Below, piece by piece: positions 1 to 9,339 of a stretch of DNA of 64,000 nt (position 1 is the stretch's first letter; each line of letters opens with the position of its first letter). The translations under genes and the position numbers were made by a program. Below the pieces are notes generated by a model. That model was given only the letters and a program-made list of their open reading frames with translations, was not told where the DNA came from and ran no database searches. This stretch comes from a virus. Location: IMG/VR virus record IMGVR_UViG_3300050014_000899, one strand, 5' to 3'.

Positions 1-14
1 TATATTTTATAGCT

Positions 15-557
15 TTATGACAATGTATTATATATATTATAGAGAATATTTTTAATTTTTGTAATAAATTTTTCTTTTTTAGATTTATTAGGTCTTTTAT
101 TTATAATTGAATATAACTGTCCTACAGAAATTTTAATTAAACTATTCGTTGAAGTATTCTTTATAACTATTTGAGTATCAAATGAAAAACATTTACCCGT
201 CTGCCTGCTCGCCATCAGAATATAGTTTCTAACTTTAGGACCAAAATCATCAAGTTTTTCTATAAAAACTTCTTCTCCTAAAGTTGCAAGAATATCACTC
301 TGAAAATCCCTTAATTCTACGGTAACACGGCCGTAGTCAGTGAGGAAACGGCAATATGTTTCTACGAAATATTGAACATCTTGAGCACACTTATTAAATT
401 CAGCTTCTTCTTCGTGTGTTAATTGAAATAAAACTTCTGCACCTTTTAACTCTGGATCTCTTTGGTGAAAACAATCTAACTCGACATTTTCGCCGTATCT
501 AAATCTTTGAAGAGTATCGTTTATAAGGTCTGTATCCCATATTTTATTAAATGCCAT
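15..557 (-). CDS. terL: Terminase large subunit (T4 gp17-like), N-terminal fragment ending in an N-terminal split-intein part
   Basis: gp17-like KCAQDVQYFVETYC..LRDFQ and Walker A ASRQTGK, followed immediately by intein block-A-like CFSFDTQIV and a stop about 58 aa later. Confidence 0.8.
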   Translation of the reverse strand: MAFNKIWDTDLINDTLQRFRYGENVELDCFHQRDPELKGAEVLFQLTHEEEAEFNKCAQDVQYFVETYCRFLTDYGRVTVELRDFQSDILATLGEEVFIEKLDDFGPKVRNYILMASRQTGKCFSFDTQIVIKNTSTNSLIKISVGQLYSIINKRPNKSKKEKFITKIKNILYNIYNTLS

Positions 558-581
558 TTTTAACGGTTCTTTAACTATATA

Positions 582-1325
582 TTATTCTTCCAATTTGGGA
601 AGATCAAGATCCGTAATTAGAACTGGGGGTTCTAATATTATGGGGGGAGCTTCGGTTTCTAAAGTCAGCGGTTCTGTATTTAAAATTGCTTCAGGAATAG
701 CCTGTATATCTTCAATTTGTTGAGGAATATATCCAGCTTTGAGTTTTTTTGTTTCCCTTATGAGTTCTTTAGTTCCCAAAGCAATTAGCCCCTTACCATT
801 GCGAACAATGCCATTTTGACCTGGCCCTATTGCTTTTAAATCCTGATTTCTTTCTTTAATATCAAACTTGATGTCTTTGTAGGTGGTTTTTATAGCCTCT
901 ACAGTTTGTAGGAGTTGTTTATTTAGCTCTCCGATAGTCTTACTTAGTTGACCAAAGACCTCGAACATGCGATTGTGTGTCGCTCCGTTACGGACCTCCT
1001 CCATGAGAGTTTCTTGCATCATTTCATTTACTTTTAGCTGATAAAGCATCCCAGATAATGAAATCATATCCACAGACATTTTGTTTCTTAAATATGGGTT
1101 TTCTTGAATCATGTCGTCATCCAACATAAAACCAGTAGCATTTTTTATCATTCTCTTAGCTCTGCGATCACAATCTTTACGGATCTTATTAAAATCCATT
1201 GTAAATGTGGGTTCTTGATGAATTTCTGGTATTTCTCCCCCGGAAGGAACAACATTCTGACCCAGGTTCTCGTCAGCGTTGTCAATCATTTTTTCAAGTT
1301 CTTTTCTTGTATCTTTCTGATTCAT
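582..1325 (-). CDS. Probable terminase small subunit
   Basis: Directly upstream of terL; helical; RMFEVFGQL..I.ELN segment resembles T4-like TerS. Confidence 0.45.
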   Translation of the reverse strand: MNQKDTRKELEKMIDNADENLGQNVVPSGGEIPEIHQEPTFTMDFNKIRKDCDRRAKRMIKNATGFMLDDDMIQENPYLRNKMSVDMISLSGMLYQLKVNEMMQETLMEEVRNGATHNRMFEVFGQLSKTIGELNKQLLQTVEAIKTTYKDIKFDIKERNQDLKAIGPGQNGIVRNGKGLIALGTKELIRETKKLKAGYIPQQIEDIQAIPEAILNTEPLTLETEAPPIILEPPVLITDLDLPKLEE

Positions 1326-1336
1326 AATAATAATTT

Positions 1337-2986
1337 TTAGCGTTGTCTGGAGATATATGGATTGCTAAATCTTTCATCGGCATTATCCAAAATAAGAGCT
1401 TGATCTGCATCTTTGCTTAAATATGCTAATAATTCTAGTGTTTGATTTTCGTCTTCTATTGTAGTTTTAAATAATCTGATATTTGTAACATATCCATCTG
1501 ATTTATTCAAAGAATAACTATCAACGGTTATTCCTTCGGGAATAAATGAAATAGTCTTAGTAAAAAAGCTGCTTAGTTTGTCGCCAAAATCGGAATTTGT
1601 TGGTTGCCAAATATGTACGTTTAATTGACCCCAAGTATTTCCAATATTAACTACAACTCCATACCAGTTACTATCTAGCAATTTGGAATTTATAGGAAAT
1701 ACATGTTCAGTTGACCCATAAATTATTTTAACATATTGATTTGCATATACATCTACTCTAAAATTGTGAATATCTTTATTTATTCCATCAATCATGCTAA
1801 TAGGATTCTGAACTTTCATCTTGTAATTTCTTGCAGTAGTCCAATTAGCATTTAGAGAATTCATATAGACTTCAACATCATTATCAATCTTGCACCAATA
1901 TATTCCGTTTACCGAATCACTATCATTCATAACTACAGCATAGAAATTTAATGCACCCGGACGAGATATTACGAATGTATCTCCAATAGCAAAACGTTTG
2001 ATTCCGCTTACTTTAATGTGATAATTAGATGGAGGAGTTGTTAAATCTTTGTTGATTGAAATTACTTCATATTCTCTAGGATCTGCTGTTTTTGGCATAA
2101 TCCAAGACATAATAGCTCGATCATTGGTAACTTTGACAAGATCTGTTAAATTTTTGTAAATCACTGCATTAAATACTTCTGAAGTATTTAGATCGTAATA
2201 ACTTTGGGCAGCTATAACTCCGCTTATATCCAAATTATAAGGAACTATTTTAAGATCCTTATCTAGTTCTTTATAGAAATCTCTAGTAGTACTGTTGAAT
2301 GGGGATGTTTGTTTATCATCTACCAATTTTTCAATATTTGCTGCAATAGCTTCGCCAAATATCTCTTCTTCCCCAACAGTATACTTATCAATTGTTTCTT
2401 TGAGTGCAGGACTTTCTTTCCTGGAAGCTTCTGGTTGATATTTTTTAAGATTGCAAACCCAAGTAGTTTCCTGTTCCATAAATCCTCTTTTAAGATAGGA
2501 ACTTTCTACTTGATATAATTTATTGGGCATAGGAAGGTAAACAATATCTTTTTTCTGAGGAGCAGTTCCATAACCCGCTATTGATTCCCAATAAAGTTTA
2601 TCAATTTGAACTTCAGTCGGCATTTCATATTCGAGACCCATTAAATCATAGTTGTATTTACTATCAGGCCAGTTACCGCCAGCTACCATTACTTTTGGAC
2701 ATATAGGGTCGGCAACGCAAGAAAGAGTATATTCTTGAAAAATAACATCTTTAGATCTTTGTTGGGGAATAGCTCTAAACCAAACTGAATCAATTCCTAT
2801 CATTTGATTTACAGCTGCATTTAGTGCATTGTAATTTTGCATTGCAGCAAGTAGAGCCGTATTAGCATTGAAAATATTGGTTCCATTAGGATCAAAAGCT
2901 GGATTTACAACACTAGTATTAGCCTGCGGACCAGTAAAAGCTGCACTTAAATTTTGTCCTTGTGGATTTGTGATAGGATCGGCCAT
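1337..2986 (-). CDS. Neck/head-closure protein (T4 gp14-like N-terminus) with beta-rich C-terminal domain
   Basis: KDVIFQEY..SKYNYDLMGL..PQKKDIVYLPMPNKLYQV resembles gp14; structural gene context. Confidence 0.5.
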   Translation of the reverse strand: MADPITNPQGQNLSAAFTGPQANTSVVNPAFDPNGTNIFNANTALLAAMQNYNALNAAVNQMIGIDSVWFRAIPQQRSKDVIFQEYTLSCVADPICPKVMVAGGNWPDSKYNYDLMGLEYEMPTEVQIDKLYWESIAGYGTAPQKKDIVYLPMPNKLYQVESSYLKRGFMEQETTWVCNLKKYQPEASRKESPALKETIDKYTVGEEEIFGEAIAANIEKLVDDKQTSPFNSTTRDFYKELDKDLKIVPYNLDISGVIAAQSYYDLNTSEVFNAVIYKNLTDLVKVTNDRAIMSWIMPKTADPREYEVISINKDLTTPPSNYHIKVSGIKRFAIGDTFVISRPGALNFYAVVMNDSDSVNGIYWCKIDNDVEVYMNSLNANWTTARNYKMKVQNPISMIDGINKDIHNFRVDVYANQYVKIIYGSTEHVFPINSKLLDSNWYGVVVNIGNTWGQLNVHIWQPTNSDFGDKLSSFFTKTISFIPEGITVDSYSLNKSDGYVTNIRLFKTTIEDENQTLELLAYLSKDADQALILDNADERFSNPYISRQR

Positions 2987-3009
2987 AATACTCTCTTTTC
3001 TTTATATAT

Positions 3010-3315
3010 TTACCAGAATCTATATGGACATCCGAATATAGACTTTCCTTCAAAATCTATATCATAATCTCCACGGGTTTTTGGCTTAAGAGGGCATTTA
3101 CATATCGAACATAAGTTTAGATTTTTATCTCGATGTTCGCATTTTTGACATATTTCATATCTCTCATTAAAAATCTTTCTTTTTTGAGGATCCAAAAGAT
3201 CCCTCCATTCTAAAAAAAGATTTTTATAAGCAATAAAAATAATAAGGATTCTAATCTTTAATTTTTTAAACATGTTACCATTTTTTTGCTTGACATACAT
3301 AGATGTATTTTCCAT
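3010..3315 (-). CDS. Small Cys-rich protein (DUF6171-like)
   Basis: R..IC..C..C..C.C.L..K..CP..W pattern. Confidence 0.5.
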   Translation of the reverse strand: MENTSMYVKQKNGNMFKKLKIRILIIFIAYKNLFLEWRDLLDPQKRKIFNERYEICQKCEHRDKNLNLCSICKCPLKPKTRGDYDIDFEGKSIFGCPYRFW

Positions 3316-3580
3316 AGGGGTCTACATGATAAAAAGCTTTACCATCTTGATCCAGAGGATATATCAATGTTGCTTTAAAAGACATTCCGCATCCACAGAA
3401 TCCACAAGCTCCTCTATCGGTATACATTTCGCATCCTCGACAAATTGTAAGTCTTCTGTTTGCAAGAGCTAATTTAATATCTTGAGAAACCTCATCATAA
3501 GAAGGTTTCATCTGATTATTAATAGCATCCCATGTATATCCAGAAGGTAGTTGTTGGGGTGTTGGGGTTGGCGTATCCAT
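3275..3580 (-). CDS. Small Cys-rich protein (DUF6171-like), paralog of the neighbouring gene
   Basis: RRLTICRGC..CGFCGC..KA..C..KKW. Confidence 0.55.
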   Translation of the reverse strand: MDTPTPTPQQLPSGYTWDAINNQMKPSYDEVSQDIKLALANRRLTICRGCEMYTDRGACGFCGCGMSFKATLIYPLDQDGKAFYHVDPYGKYIYVCQAKKW

Positions 3581-4869
3581 TAGAATATTTTATTTAACAT
3601 GTAATCATCTGCTTTTTTGGGGAGATCGCTGGTATTTTTCATCTTGTTTATTGCAGCTTTATCACAGAACTCCGGATAAACCCACCAATCTTCATAACTA
3701 TTATATTTATCCGGAGCAATATTGCTAGCTACTAATTCATATCCAAGAGACTCTAAATACATTCTTGATTTTTCTCTAACCCCGCTATTTTCATCAGTAT
3801 AAAAGTCATGCTCAAATGTTATGACAGCGAATTTACAACGATCAAAAGGAATTTTCAATAATACTTCGTAGGAAACAATGGCTGGATCGCAATCAATCTG
3901 AAGATAATCATATTTTTTCAGAGTAAGAACATCATAGTTTAATTTTGTAGCATCCCCTGTAATAACTTTTGTTGGTCTTGCTTTTTTATATGCTTCGGTT
4001 AAATTTGGATCTATATCAATAGAAATTCCTTTCCATCCAAATTCCCTTTCAAGAAGATACGTATTATTTCCGTAAAATGGATCCCCTCCTCCTATTTCAA
4101 CAAAAGCCCCATTTTTCTTCCCCTTTATCATAGATAATACAAACATGTCCTGATAGCACTGAGAATAATTTTGAGTTATTTTATTGGATCCTTCGAACTT
4201 AACTTTCAGATATTCATACATTGTATCATGGTAAACAATTGGATCTTTCCAGTTATTGGCAAGATTTTTAATATTGTTTTTGGTAGCCGTTGTATGTAAT
4301 TCTAGCATTTTTGTATTCTTGATTAGCTTTCTAAAAAGATACACGGATTCATCAAATAAACCTATCCACCAGGCAGTAACAGCTCTTTCAAAAGTAAAGA
4401 CGTAAGGACCCGGATATTCTACATTGGAATTCAGCGAATCCAAATCCTTATCATTGCTGAACATTTTTTCTCCTAAAACTGCCCAAGTATATCCTTCTTG
4501 CCATTCCCTGTTAATTTCATAAATTCGGGACAAAAGAAAATAAGCTTCCGGTCTGTCAGGCAATAAAGATATGGCTCTTAATAAAACCCCCTTTATTGTG
4601 AAAATTCTAGATCCCTGACGTTGAAAACACAAAGACATTCTCAAGAGTGCTTCATACGATAGCAAATCATTGGAACTAAATTCCGCCGTTCTAAGATAAT
4701 AGGATGCCGCTGATGCTGTCTGCCCTAACTCTTCATAACATCTTCCCAGCGCAAAATTGTATCTCGGATTTTTTGGATCTAGTAAAAAATTCATTAAAGC
4801 GATGTTCAGAGGAAGCATATCAATAACTTCTTGAACGACGGGTTCATTATTTTGATTTTGATTTTCCAT
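3580..4869 (-). CDS. TPR repeat plus FkbM-family methyltransferase
   Basis: N-terminal TPR helices; YSQCYQDMFV, GAFVEIGG, NNTYLLE..GWKGISID, DYLQID, EDWWV. Confidence 0.8.
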   Translation of the reverse strand: MENQNQNNEPVVQEVIDMLPLNIALMNFLLDPKNPRYNFALGRCYEELGQTASAASYYLRTAEFSSNDLLSYEALLRMSLCFQRQGSRIFTIKGVLLRAISLLPDRPEAYFLLSRIYEINREWQEGYTWAVLGEKMFSNDKDLDSLNSNVEYPGPYVFTFERAVTAWWIGLFDESVYLFRKLIKNTKMLELHTTATKNNIKNLANNWKDPIVYHDTMYEYLKVKFEGSNKITQNYSQCYQDMFVLSMIKGKKNGAFVEIGGGDPFYGNNTYLLEREFGWKGISIDIDPNLTEAYKKARPTKVITGDATKLNYDVLTLKKYDYLQIDCDPAIVSYEVLLKIPFDRCKFAVITFEHDFYTDENSGVREKSRMYLESLGYELVASNIAPDKYNSYEDWWVYPEFCDKAAINKMKNTSDLPKKADDYMLNKIF

Positions 4870-5860
4870 AGTTTTCCAATTCTAAAATATTATCTATACA
4901 ATTTTTAGGGATTTTTAATAGATATGCTGCATTATCTTGAAATCCAAATGTAATCAGCAGATCTTCTTTGTAAAGAGTTGCTCCGCAACAAAATTCTATT
5001 TCCCCTGTCATAAAAGAGAAGGGCTCTGTTATTTTAACAATATTCCAATTTTGGTCCCATACAACGAATCTATGCATATATGTCGCATCTTTTTGTTCCA
5101 GCTTATTTCTGAAGAAATTCAGTTCATGGGTAATACAAATTCTAAAATCTTTATAAGGAATAACCTGCGAACTTCCTCTTAAATCAGGTAAAGGAATAAA
5201 AGTGTCTTTATCTGCTTGAAATACTGTTTCAGCAGCTAATTTCTGCATATCTACTTTAACAACTTCTGTTGGATTGGTCCATTTAACAAAATGATAGGGC
5301 ATATCCAAAATAGGCATCCAGTTTTTTTCACAATAATTGCTAGGATCCGTTGTCTCAATTCGGGATCTATTTATTTCTTTTATTCCGTTATTATCAACAA
5401 TGATTTCGGATAATTCCATGCGACTTTCTCCATTATCCTTAACATCTCTTCTACAACCAATTAGAAACATTTTATCATCCCATTTTGCAATTCTAGCATC
5501 TTCAAGACCTATAAATTCCCATACAGGCTCAATATCTAATTTGGACGTATCCACTTTTCCATAGTGTGTTACCATAAAAGCTTCCGGGTGAAGAACACAA
5601 AAGAAATTATTGGTTCTTAGATGTATGTCATTTTCGGGATTAAGATAGGCAAGAGGTCCCCATCGATTTTGAAATATTTGGCCCCCTTCGGAATGGTATA
5701 GAGTATAATTTACATGACGTAAATTCAAAAGCAATTCTTCTCCATCTAAAAATATAGAAGGATTCATTAATCCTGTTCCTTCGGTTTCTGTGCTTGGTAT
5801 GATTAAAGGGGTAAGAGTTCCTCCGCTATTTAAAATTTTCTTGACTAAATTTCTTTCCAT
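4847..5860 (-). CDS. GH130-like five-bladed beta-propeller glycosidase/phosphorylase
   Basis: NPSI, GLEDARI, EKNWMP, RGSS, IEFCCG, ITFGFQD motifs. Confidence 0.7.
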   Translation of the reverse strand: MERNLVKKILNSGGTLTPLIIPSTETEGTGLMNPSIFLDGEELLLNLRHVNYTLYHSEGGQIFQNRWGPLAYLNPENDIHLRTNNFFCVLHPEAFMVTHYGKVDTSKLDIEPVWEFIGLEDARIAKWDDKMFLIGCRRDVKDNGESRMELSEIIVDNNGIKEINRSRIETTDPSNYCEKNWMPILDMPYHFVKWTNPTEVVKVDMQKLAAETVFQADKDTFIPLPDLRGSSQVIPYKDFRICITHELNFFRNKLEQKDATYMHRFVVWDQNWNIVKITEPFSFMTGEIEFCCGATLYKEDLLITFGFQDNAAYLLKIPKNCIDNILELENYGKSKSK

Positions 5861-5910
5861 TTATTTGTGTTTAATAGATATAGCTTATATTAATAAATGT
5901 CTCCATAGTT

Positions 5911-6378
5911 TTACCCTGGTATAGCGCAGCTTTGAGTATTTCTTCCTCCTGATCCATTAGACCAATGCATATTGAGTGTTCCACTCCCCGATAACCCAGT
6001 TCTTCTTATGACAAAAGCACCATTTCCTCCTAGAACCGAGTTTCCTGCACCTCCTCCTTGTAATGCATTACCAGTACAACTAGTTATTTGAAAGTTACCA
6101 CTAGTTATAGCCACACTCCATGCACAAGTAGCAGTTACGTTAAATGTTTGAGAAGCATTTAGAGCTTTCCCCACCATTGAATAACTACTAGCTGGACTTG
6201 TTCCTTGGGTCATTGCTCTCATTGCACTTGCAGCTCTAGCTCCAGAAGTGGTATTTATAGTTGCAAATAAAGTATTATATGAATAGTTAGCTCCTGGCAC
6301 ATAGAGGTTACCCCACAAAACATAGGCCATTCCTCCGGCTGCTCCTCCTGGACTAACGTTTGTTCTATTGATTTCCAT
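5911..6378 (-). CDS. Gly-rich small structural/tail-associated protein
   Basis: Gly/Ser/Thr-rich ORF in the fibre operon. Confidence 0.4.
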   Translation of the reverse strand: MEINRTNVSPGGAAGGMAYVLWGNLYVPGANYSYNTLFATINTTSGARAASAMRAMTQGTSPASSYSMVGKALNASQTFNVTATCAWSVAITSGNFQITSCTGNALQGGGAGNSVLGGNGAFVIRRTGLSGSGTLNMHWSNGSGGRNTQSCAIPG

Positions 6379-6387
6379 TTTTTAAAA

Positions 6388-6750
6388 CTATAATATTTCG
6401 TCTGATTTCCAATCAGGAAATAAAGTGTTTACATAATTATAAGATCTTGCAAAAATATTTATATTTTGCATATTGCTCACCTCAAAATATGTATCAAAAA
6501 CAGTTTTGTCATCCGGGTATCGATTAGGATCCAGATAAAATCTTTTTTCAAATATAGGCTTTAACCCATTGATTCTTGAATTTTTATCCTTGAAAATAAA
6601 GACAAGGAATGAAGATGGATATATTCCCAAATAATTATCCTTGAATTTGTTTATAGTTACGGAATCTATTATTAAGTAAGGATTGTCGAATGATGTTCCA
6701 CATTCGTCTACATAACTTGTATTTTTCGAACTGTCGAGTATTAGTGCCAT
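6388..6750 (-). CDS. Hypothetical protein (possible fibre assembly factor)
   Basis: Tightly packed downstream of the tail fibre gene. Confidence 0.45.
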   Translation of the reverse strand: MALILDSSKNTSYVDECGTSFDNPYLIIDSVTINKFKDNYLGIYPSSFLVFIFKDKNSRINGLKPIFEKRFYLDPNRYPDDKTVFDTYFEVSNMQNINIFARSYNYVNTLFPDWKSDEIL

Positions 6751-6751
6751 T

Positions 6752-8527
6752 TTAAGTTATTTTATTTTTTATCTCATCTACTTCAGTTTTAAGCTCTTTT
6801 ATAGCTTCAACTATTAGAGGAATAAGTTTTTCATATTGAATGGTTAAGTAATTTTCACCGGATTTTGATTTACCGTTTCCATCATTATCAAATGGAGCTA
6901 ATTTAACACTTTCGGGTAATATTTCTTGAACTTCTTGAGCTAACAATCCAACTTGTCTTTCATAATTACGATAGCCAAAACTCTCTGCTAATTCATTTTG
7001 TTCGTAATACAAGCCATTTAGATTATTGACTTTATCCAAAGCATTTTCTATTTTTCCAAGAATATTTTTTAATCTTTTATCAGAATAATATGCTTGAATA
7101 TCCCCGGTACAAGTTAAAAGAATTCCGTTATATTGTAATCCTGAGTTTCCAAGAATTGTTGCCGCACTAGAACCCCCAGTTATAACATAATATTGACCCG
7201 ATCCAGAATATGTTGTGATACCTGCATTCGATCCGGTAGCTCCTTGTGGTCCAGTTCCTCCTGTATCTCCAGTTGAACCTGTTGCTCCCTGGGAACCGTT
7301 CGAACCATTTGCTCCTTGAGGCCCAGTTGCACCTTGTGGCCCAGCAGTGGCAGCACCGTATGTAAGTTTTCCATCTGCTTGATAATATACGGCATTAGCT
7401 CCTGTTAAAGAAGCCATTCCCTTCATCCACGTATTTCCTGAAATACTTACGTCCCCAGTTATAGTAGCTCCGGCTGGATTAGCTTGAATTCTTTCTACTC
7501 CAGCAACTATTAAACTTGCATTTCCTTGAGTTCCCCCTAATCCTGTGCTTGGACTGTTTGTATTGGTTACAAATACTGGAATAACAGCAGAAGCTTGATT
7601 ATTTACTAATCTATAATAACCTGCCGAACATGGTCCGAGATTTCCGGTTATAACTGCACCTCCTGATTTAAGAATATAAAGATTTAAAGAAGCATTTTTA
7701 GCAAATGCGGCAGTTCCAATAGAAGCATTGGTAGCATATGGATTTAATAAATTATCGACTTGAGTGTTGCTATAATAATTCGTTGAAGTTTCAAATGCCA
7801 TCGTTCCTAGGTCTCTTGAACCAACAGTAGACCCATCCCACATAAGACTTGTTAATTCATTTGGCAAGCTATTCACGATTGGTAAAAGCAATCCGTTGCT
7901 GGAAAATGTAAATCCAGCTGACGTATCATAACGGAAAGCAGCTTGATTCCAGAAAGGAATGCCGGAAGAAACAGGGCTATCTTCTCTAGTTGCGACAGCT
8001 TGAGTTGATGTATCTGAATAATGGATTGAAGTATCTAAGTGGGTAATTCCAATTCTAAAATTATGTTCATCTTGGTCAAATACAAATATATAAGGATCTT
8101 GATTTCCTCTTTCTACAACAATTCCCGATTGAAGAGATGCTGGTGGTGGGCCAATTAATCCAGCATTTAAATGGATATATCCTGTAGAAATTTCAATAGA
8201 AGTAACGTTTGTAGATATAAAAGAACCGTCTACTTCGAAAGTTCCGTGAACATGAAGATGTTGAGCAATGTCTACATCTCCTGCCAAAATAGAAACATCC
8301 CCAGTATTAACTTGGAACCCCTTATTAAAAAATAGAGTTCCGGTCATTGTATCCCCGGATATTTTAACTACGGAACCATCCAATGACTGATTAATGTTAA
8401 TAATCGAAGCATCTAATTGAGAAAGATGCGAAGAAACATCTGGCGGGAATAATATATTTGCAAAATATAAATTACCGCCAATATTTAACGATCCATCAAT
8501 GTTTATATAAGGTGACTTAAATGCCAT
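6752..8527 (-). CDS. Tail fibre with collagen-like repeats and C-terminal intramolecular chaperone (Peptidase S74)
   Basis: G-x-y run GPQGATGPQGANG; SDKRLKNI..GLLAQEVQEILPE..YEKLIPLIVEAIKEL. Confidence 0.85.
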   Translation of the reverse strand: MAFKSPYINIDGSLNIGGNLYFANILFPPDVSSHLSQLDASIININQSLDGSVVKISGDTMTGTLFFNKGFQVNTGDVSILAGDVDIAQHLHVHGTFEVDGSFISTNVTSIEISTGYIHLNAGLIGPPPASLQSGIVVERGNQDPYIFVFDQDEHNFRIGITHLDTSIHYSDTSTQAVATREDSPVSSGIPFWNQAAFRYDTSAGFTFSSNGLLLPIVNSLPNELTSLMWDGSTVGSRDLGTMAFETSTNYYSNTQVDNLLNPYATNASIGTAAFAKNASLNLYILKSGGAVITGNLGPCSAGYYRLVNNQASAVIPVFVTNTNSPSTGLGGTQGNASLIVAGVERIQANPAGATITGDVSISGNTWMKGMASLTGANAVYYQADGKLTYGAATAGPQGATGPQGANGSNGSQGATGSTGDTGGTGPQGATGSNAGITTYSGSGQYYVITGGSSAATILGNSGLQYNGILLTCTGDIQAYYSDKRLKNILGKIENALDKVNNLNGLYYEQNELAESFGYRNYERQVGLLAQEVQEILPESVKLAPFDNDGNGKSKSGENYLTIQYEKLIPLIVEAIKELKTEVDEIKNKIT

Positions 8528-8542
8528 TTTAGTTTATTTATT

Positions 8543-9337
8543 TTAAATGAAGCTTCCCTTCTCAATCCATATTCCGGAAACTCTTTTTTGAACGCTCAAA
8601 TTGCCAGAGGTATCTATAGTTAATCTCCAGGATCCATCAACAGTTTGATCCCCGATTTTTGTTGTTGAAGTATCTAAAACAATTGTGTATAAAGCATTTA
8701 TGGAACTCTCAATGGATGCTATCGATGAATCAAATACAGTCTGGGAAACTCCTCCCCCTCCTGCAGTAGAAACATCTAGATAACCTGCATTCCATACTAA
8801 TCCCGTTCCTAAAGAAGCATTCGGTAAGAATAAACTATAAGCATCTACAACATCATTAAGAGAAGCATCAATTCGTATAATTGAAGCATCTAACTGATTT
8901 AGTTGGCTCCAAATGTCAAATATTGAACTATCTATAGCAACTAAAGAAGCGTCAATAAATCCAATCTTAGTCCAAATGTCAAATATTGAACTATCTATAG
9001 CAACTAAAGAAGCGTCAATAAATCCAATCTTAGTCCAAATGTCAAATATTGAAGAATCGATGCTGCCAAAAGAAACGTCTAAATATTCAGCATTCCAAAA
9101 CAAACTAGTTCCAATAGAAGCATTCGGTAAGAATAAACTATATGCATCTACAACATCATTAAGAGAAGACCAATTTAAACTATTATCGGCATACCAAATT
9201 TGTTGATCCGTGTATTGATAAACCTGCATCCCTGGATACCAATAAGCTGAAACATCCATGTAGGTGTTAGCAGTATATCGGAGATCCAAAGGGATTTTGG
9301 CTTTGAGATCAAAATTATCAACTATGTTGATTGGCAT
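8543..9337 (-). CDS. Fibre/virion protein with internal repeats
   Basis: N-terminus NFDL..PLDLRY..YPGMQ shared with the 9340-12111 protein; 21-aa tandem repeats. Confidence 0.6.
   Translation of the reverse strand: MPINIVDNFDLKAKIPLDLRYTANTYMDVSAYWYPGMQVYQYTDQQIWYADNSLNWSSLNDVVDAYSLFLPNASIGTSLFWNAEYLDVSFGSIDSSIFDIWTKIGFIDASLVAIDSSIFDIWTKIGFIDASLVAIDSSIFDIWSQLNQLDASIIRIDASLNDVVDAYSLFLPNASLGTGLVWNAGYLDVSTAGGGGVSQTVFDSSIASIESSINALYTIVLDTSTTKIGDQTVDGSWRLTIDTSGNLSVQKRVSGIWIEKGSFI
8908..9053 (-). repeat. 63-bp (21-aa) tandem repeat, about 2.3 copies
   Basis: tccaaatgtcaaatattgaactatctatagcaactaaagaagcgtcaataaatccaatcttag at 8908 and 8971, partial copy at 9034. Confidence 0.9.
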
Positions 9338-9339
9338 GA

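Noticed and set aside
8770-9170. Diversity-generating retroelement TR/VR pair
   Set aside because: The repeats are in-frame within one gene, differences are not adenine-specific, and no reverse transcriptase is present
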